The notes under the pieces: generated by a model
The model's input: the letters and a program-made list of their open reading frames with translations, nothing else
Told to the model about the DNA's origin: nothing
Databases searched by the model: none
Shown: piece after piece, positions 62,536-64,000 of the stretch
Layout: every line of letters begins with the position of its first letter
Numbering within the stretch: position 1 is the first letter of the stretch
Program-made: the position numbers and the translations under genes
From: Eledone cirrhosa
Taxonomy: Eukaryota
Reading direction: 5' to 3'
DNA: 64,000 bases
NCBI GenBank assembly: GCA_964016885.1
Contig: OZ024743.1
Location: forward strand, 85,622,001-85,686,000

Positions 62536-64000
62536 ATGATGGAACAGATTTCGAAGCTGAGTGAACCGCCTATCTATTTATGTGACTCTCTCACACTGCC
62601 TTGTGACAACGATGACAGCTCTATGTTGCCTCTCAATGGAGTTGTTGCCGTAGTATATAACTTCTACCAAGCATTGATCAACAATGATCTGAATGCTGTA
62701 GAAAAGCTTCTTGAATCTACTCCAACTGTGGTAAATCATTGCTTCACTGAGCCATTTGTTCAGTCATGGCACCTTGGTCAGGCCGGCATTCATATTATGG
62801 TGAAAAATGGAGTTGTCGAAGGCCTTCATCTTCTAATTCGTTATGGTGCTGATGTGAATCTACCAGATAAAAATGGTGATTCAGCGTTGCATCTGGCTGC
62901 CATGTATGCACATCATATGTGCACCAAAGTATTGTTAGACTATGACAGTGCAGTGAAGGATGTCATTAATAAACAAGGCTTAACACCTTTACTGAGGGCT
63001 TTGCTCTGTTACCAGAGTGGACTGAAGCTCCAGTTCTATAAGACTCTCAAGTTTCTTGTTGACTTTGGCTGTGATTGTAATTTGTGCCCAAACATCAATC
63101 TGTCACCACTTTACCTGGCCATTGTCAAAGAAGATCCTGCTTTAATATGTCTATTAGTGAAAGGTGGTGCTGATGTGAATGCTGTGTATAAGAATGGACT
63201 CACCCCTCTCTTGTTAATTGTCTCTAGTAAAACAGTGAACTATGCAAATCTGAAACTACTGTTGGAGGCAGGTGCATCTCCAGACATCTGCAATGTCGAT
63301 GGTTCCACACCACTGCACATTGCAACAGCGAAAGGAGACATCAAAACTGTACTTCATCTGTTGGCAGCAAAAGCTAATTTAAACATTAAGAACAATCTAG
63401 ACGAGACACCATTGTGGATTGCTGTGAACGATAATAACTACGATCTCGTTAATATCCTCATTCAGTTTGGAGCAGATATCAATTACAGAAATAAACAAAA
63501 GAAAGTTCCTCTTGTTTTGTTACCAATTCTATCTCAGTCGTTGAAAATCTTGGAACTTCTTCTAGAGAGTGGCGTTAGGATACGTACTGAAGGTAAAATG
63601 GGACAGACACCGCTCTATTTGGCTGTTGGCTTGAAAAATCTCTATTTGATTCGACTTCTGCTCAGAGCTAATAGCCAATTGAACATTCCCTGTAATAAAT
63701 ACTGTTTATTAAAACCAATGACACCGATTCAATATGCATTTGAATTAGGTGACGAGACTATTATAAAACTGCTCATTCGTGCTGGATGTCCAGTGAAGGA
63801 TATCTGGCTCCGGAAGCAAAATCTTCCTCCTGCATTACAGGCCCAGCCAGACTTGGAGAAGTGGGTGCTTGATTACATTCACTCCCCATGTTCTTTGGCT
63901 CATTCAACACGCCTTGTAATTCGACATATGTTTGGGGAGGACCTGCAGGCGAAGCTGAATTACCTGGCTGCCCAGCGCAAATTGCCATCTCCTCTCATAA
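62536..64000 (+). CDS. Ankyrin repeat and SOCS box protein (ASB family), single coding exon, at least 488 aa, 3' end beyond the window
   Basis: Open frame from ATG 62536 (in-frame stop upstream at 62527) to the window end. About 11 ankyrin repeats (GDSALHLAA, GLTPLL, GSTPLHIA, ETPLWIA, GQTPLYLA) and a C-terminal SOCS box PCSLAHSTRLVIR..LPSPLI. Acceptor tcctctttcAG| at 62513. Confidence 0.95.
   Translation, partial: MMEQISKLSEPPIYLCDSLTLPCDNDDSSMLPLNGVVAVVYNFYQALINNDLNAVEKLLESTPTVVNHCFTEPFVQSWHLGQAGIHIMVKNGVVEGLHLLIRYGADVNLPDKNGDSALHLAAMYAHHMCTKVLLDYDSAVKDVINKQGLTPLLRALLCYQSGLKLQFYKTLKFLVDFGCDCNLCPNINLSPLYLAIVKEDPALICLLVKGGADVNAVYKNGLTPLLLIVSSKTVNYANLKLLLEAGASPDICNVDGSTPLHIATAKGDIKTVLHLLAAKANLNIKNNLDETPLWIAVNDNNYDLVNILIQFGADINYRNKQKKVPLVLLPILSQSLKILELLLESGVRIRTEGKMGQTPLYLAVGLKNLYLIRLLLRANSQLNIPCNKYCLLKPMTPIQYAFELGDETIIKLLIRAGCPVKDIWLRKQNLPPALQAQPDLEKWVLDYIHSPCSLAHSTRLVIRHMFGEDLQAKLNYLAAQRKLPSPLI

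Noticed and set aside
62514-62564. In-frame NXT-ASB fusion protein
   Set aside because: Phase-0 splicing from the NXT exons reads a different frame that stops at 62562, and the ASB frame has a stop at 62527 upstream of its ATG.
63773-63988. Minus-strand 71-aa ORF
   Set aside because: Antisense shadow of the ASB coding exon.

Overview
AT-rich, repeat-dense eukaryotic DNA. The SINE/RTE repertoire and (TA)n/(CA)n load resemble octopod cephalopods, but that is an inference. Three host genes are readable, all on the + strand, and the ORF track captures none of them properly. (1) A complete cyclin I (CCNI) gene: six coding exons at 28589-32418 giving 329 aa, all introns phase 0, with a probable promoter and non-coding first exon near 21.0-21.35 kb. 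(2) The first two coding exons of NXT/p15, the NTF2-related export protein (46412-46435 and 56143-56229). (3) An intronless ankyrin-repeat/SOCS-box (ASB) ORF from 62536 that runs off the window end. It appears to be nested on the same strand inside NXT intron 2, behind a splice acceptor that would turn the NXT N-terminus into an overlapping uORF. The rest is decayed mobile DNA: RTE, CRE and HERO LINEs, Penelope-like elements, two tRNA-SINE families, mariner/maT, piggyBac- and pogo-type MITEs, Helitron-like pieces and minisatellites. The main unexplained structures are minimal hammerhead ribozymes next to (TA)n tracts (one pair inside a ~350-bp palindrome), about 10 fold-back inverted duplications mostly anchored on TA tracts, and a TSD-flanked palindromic CRE insertion that seems built from two different templates.
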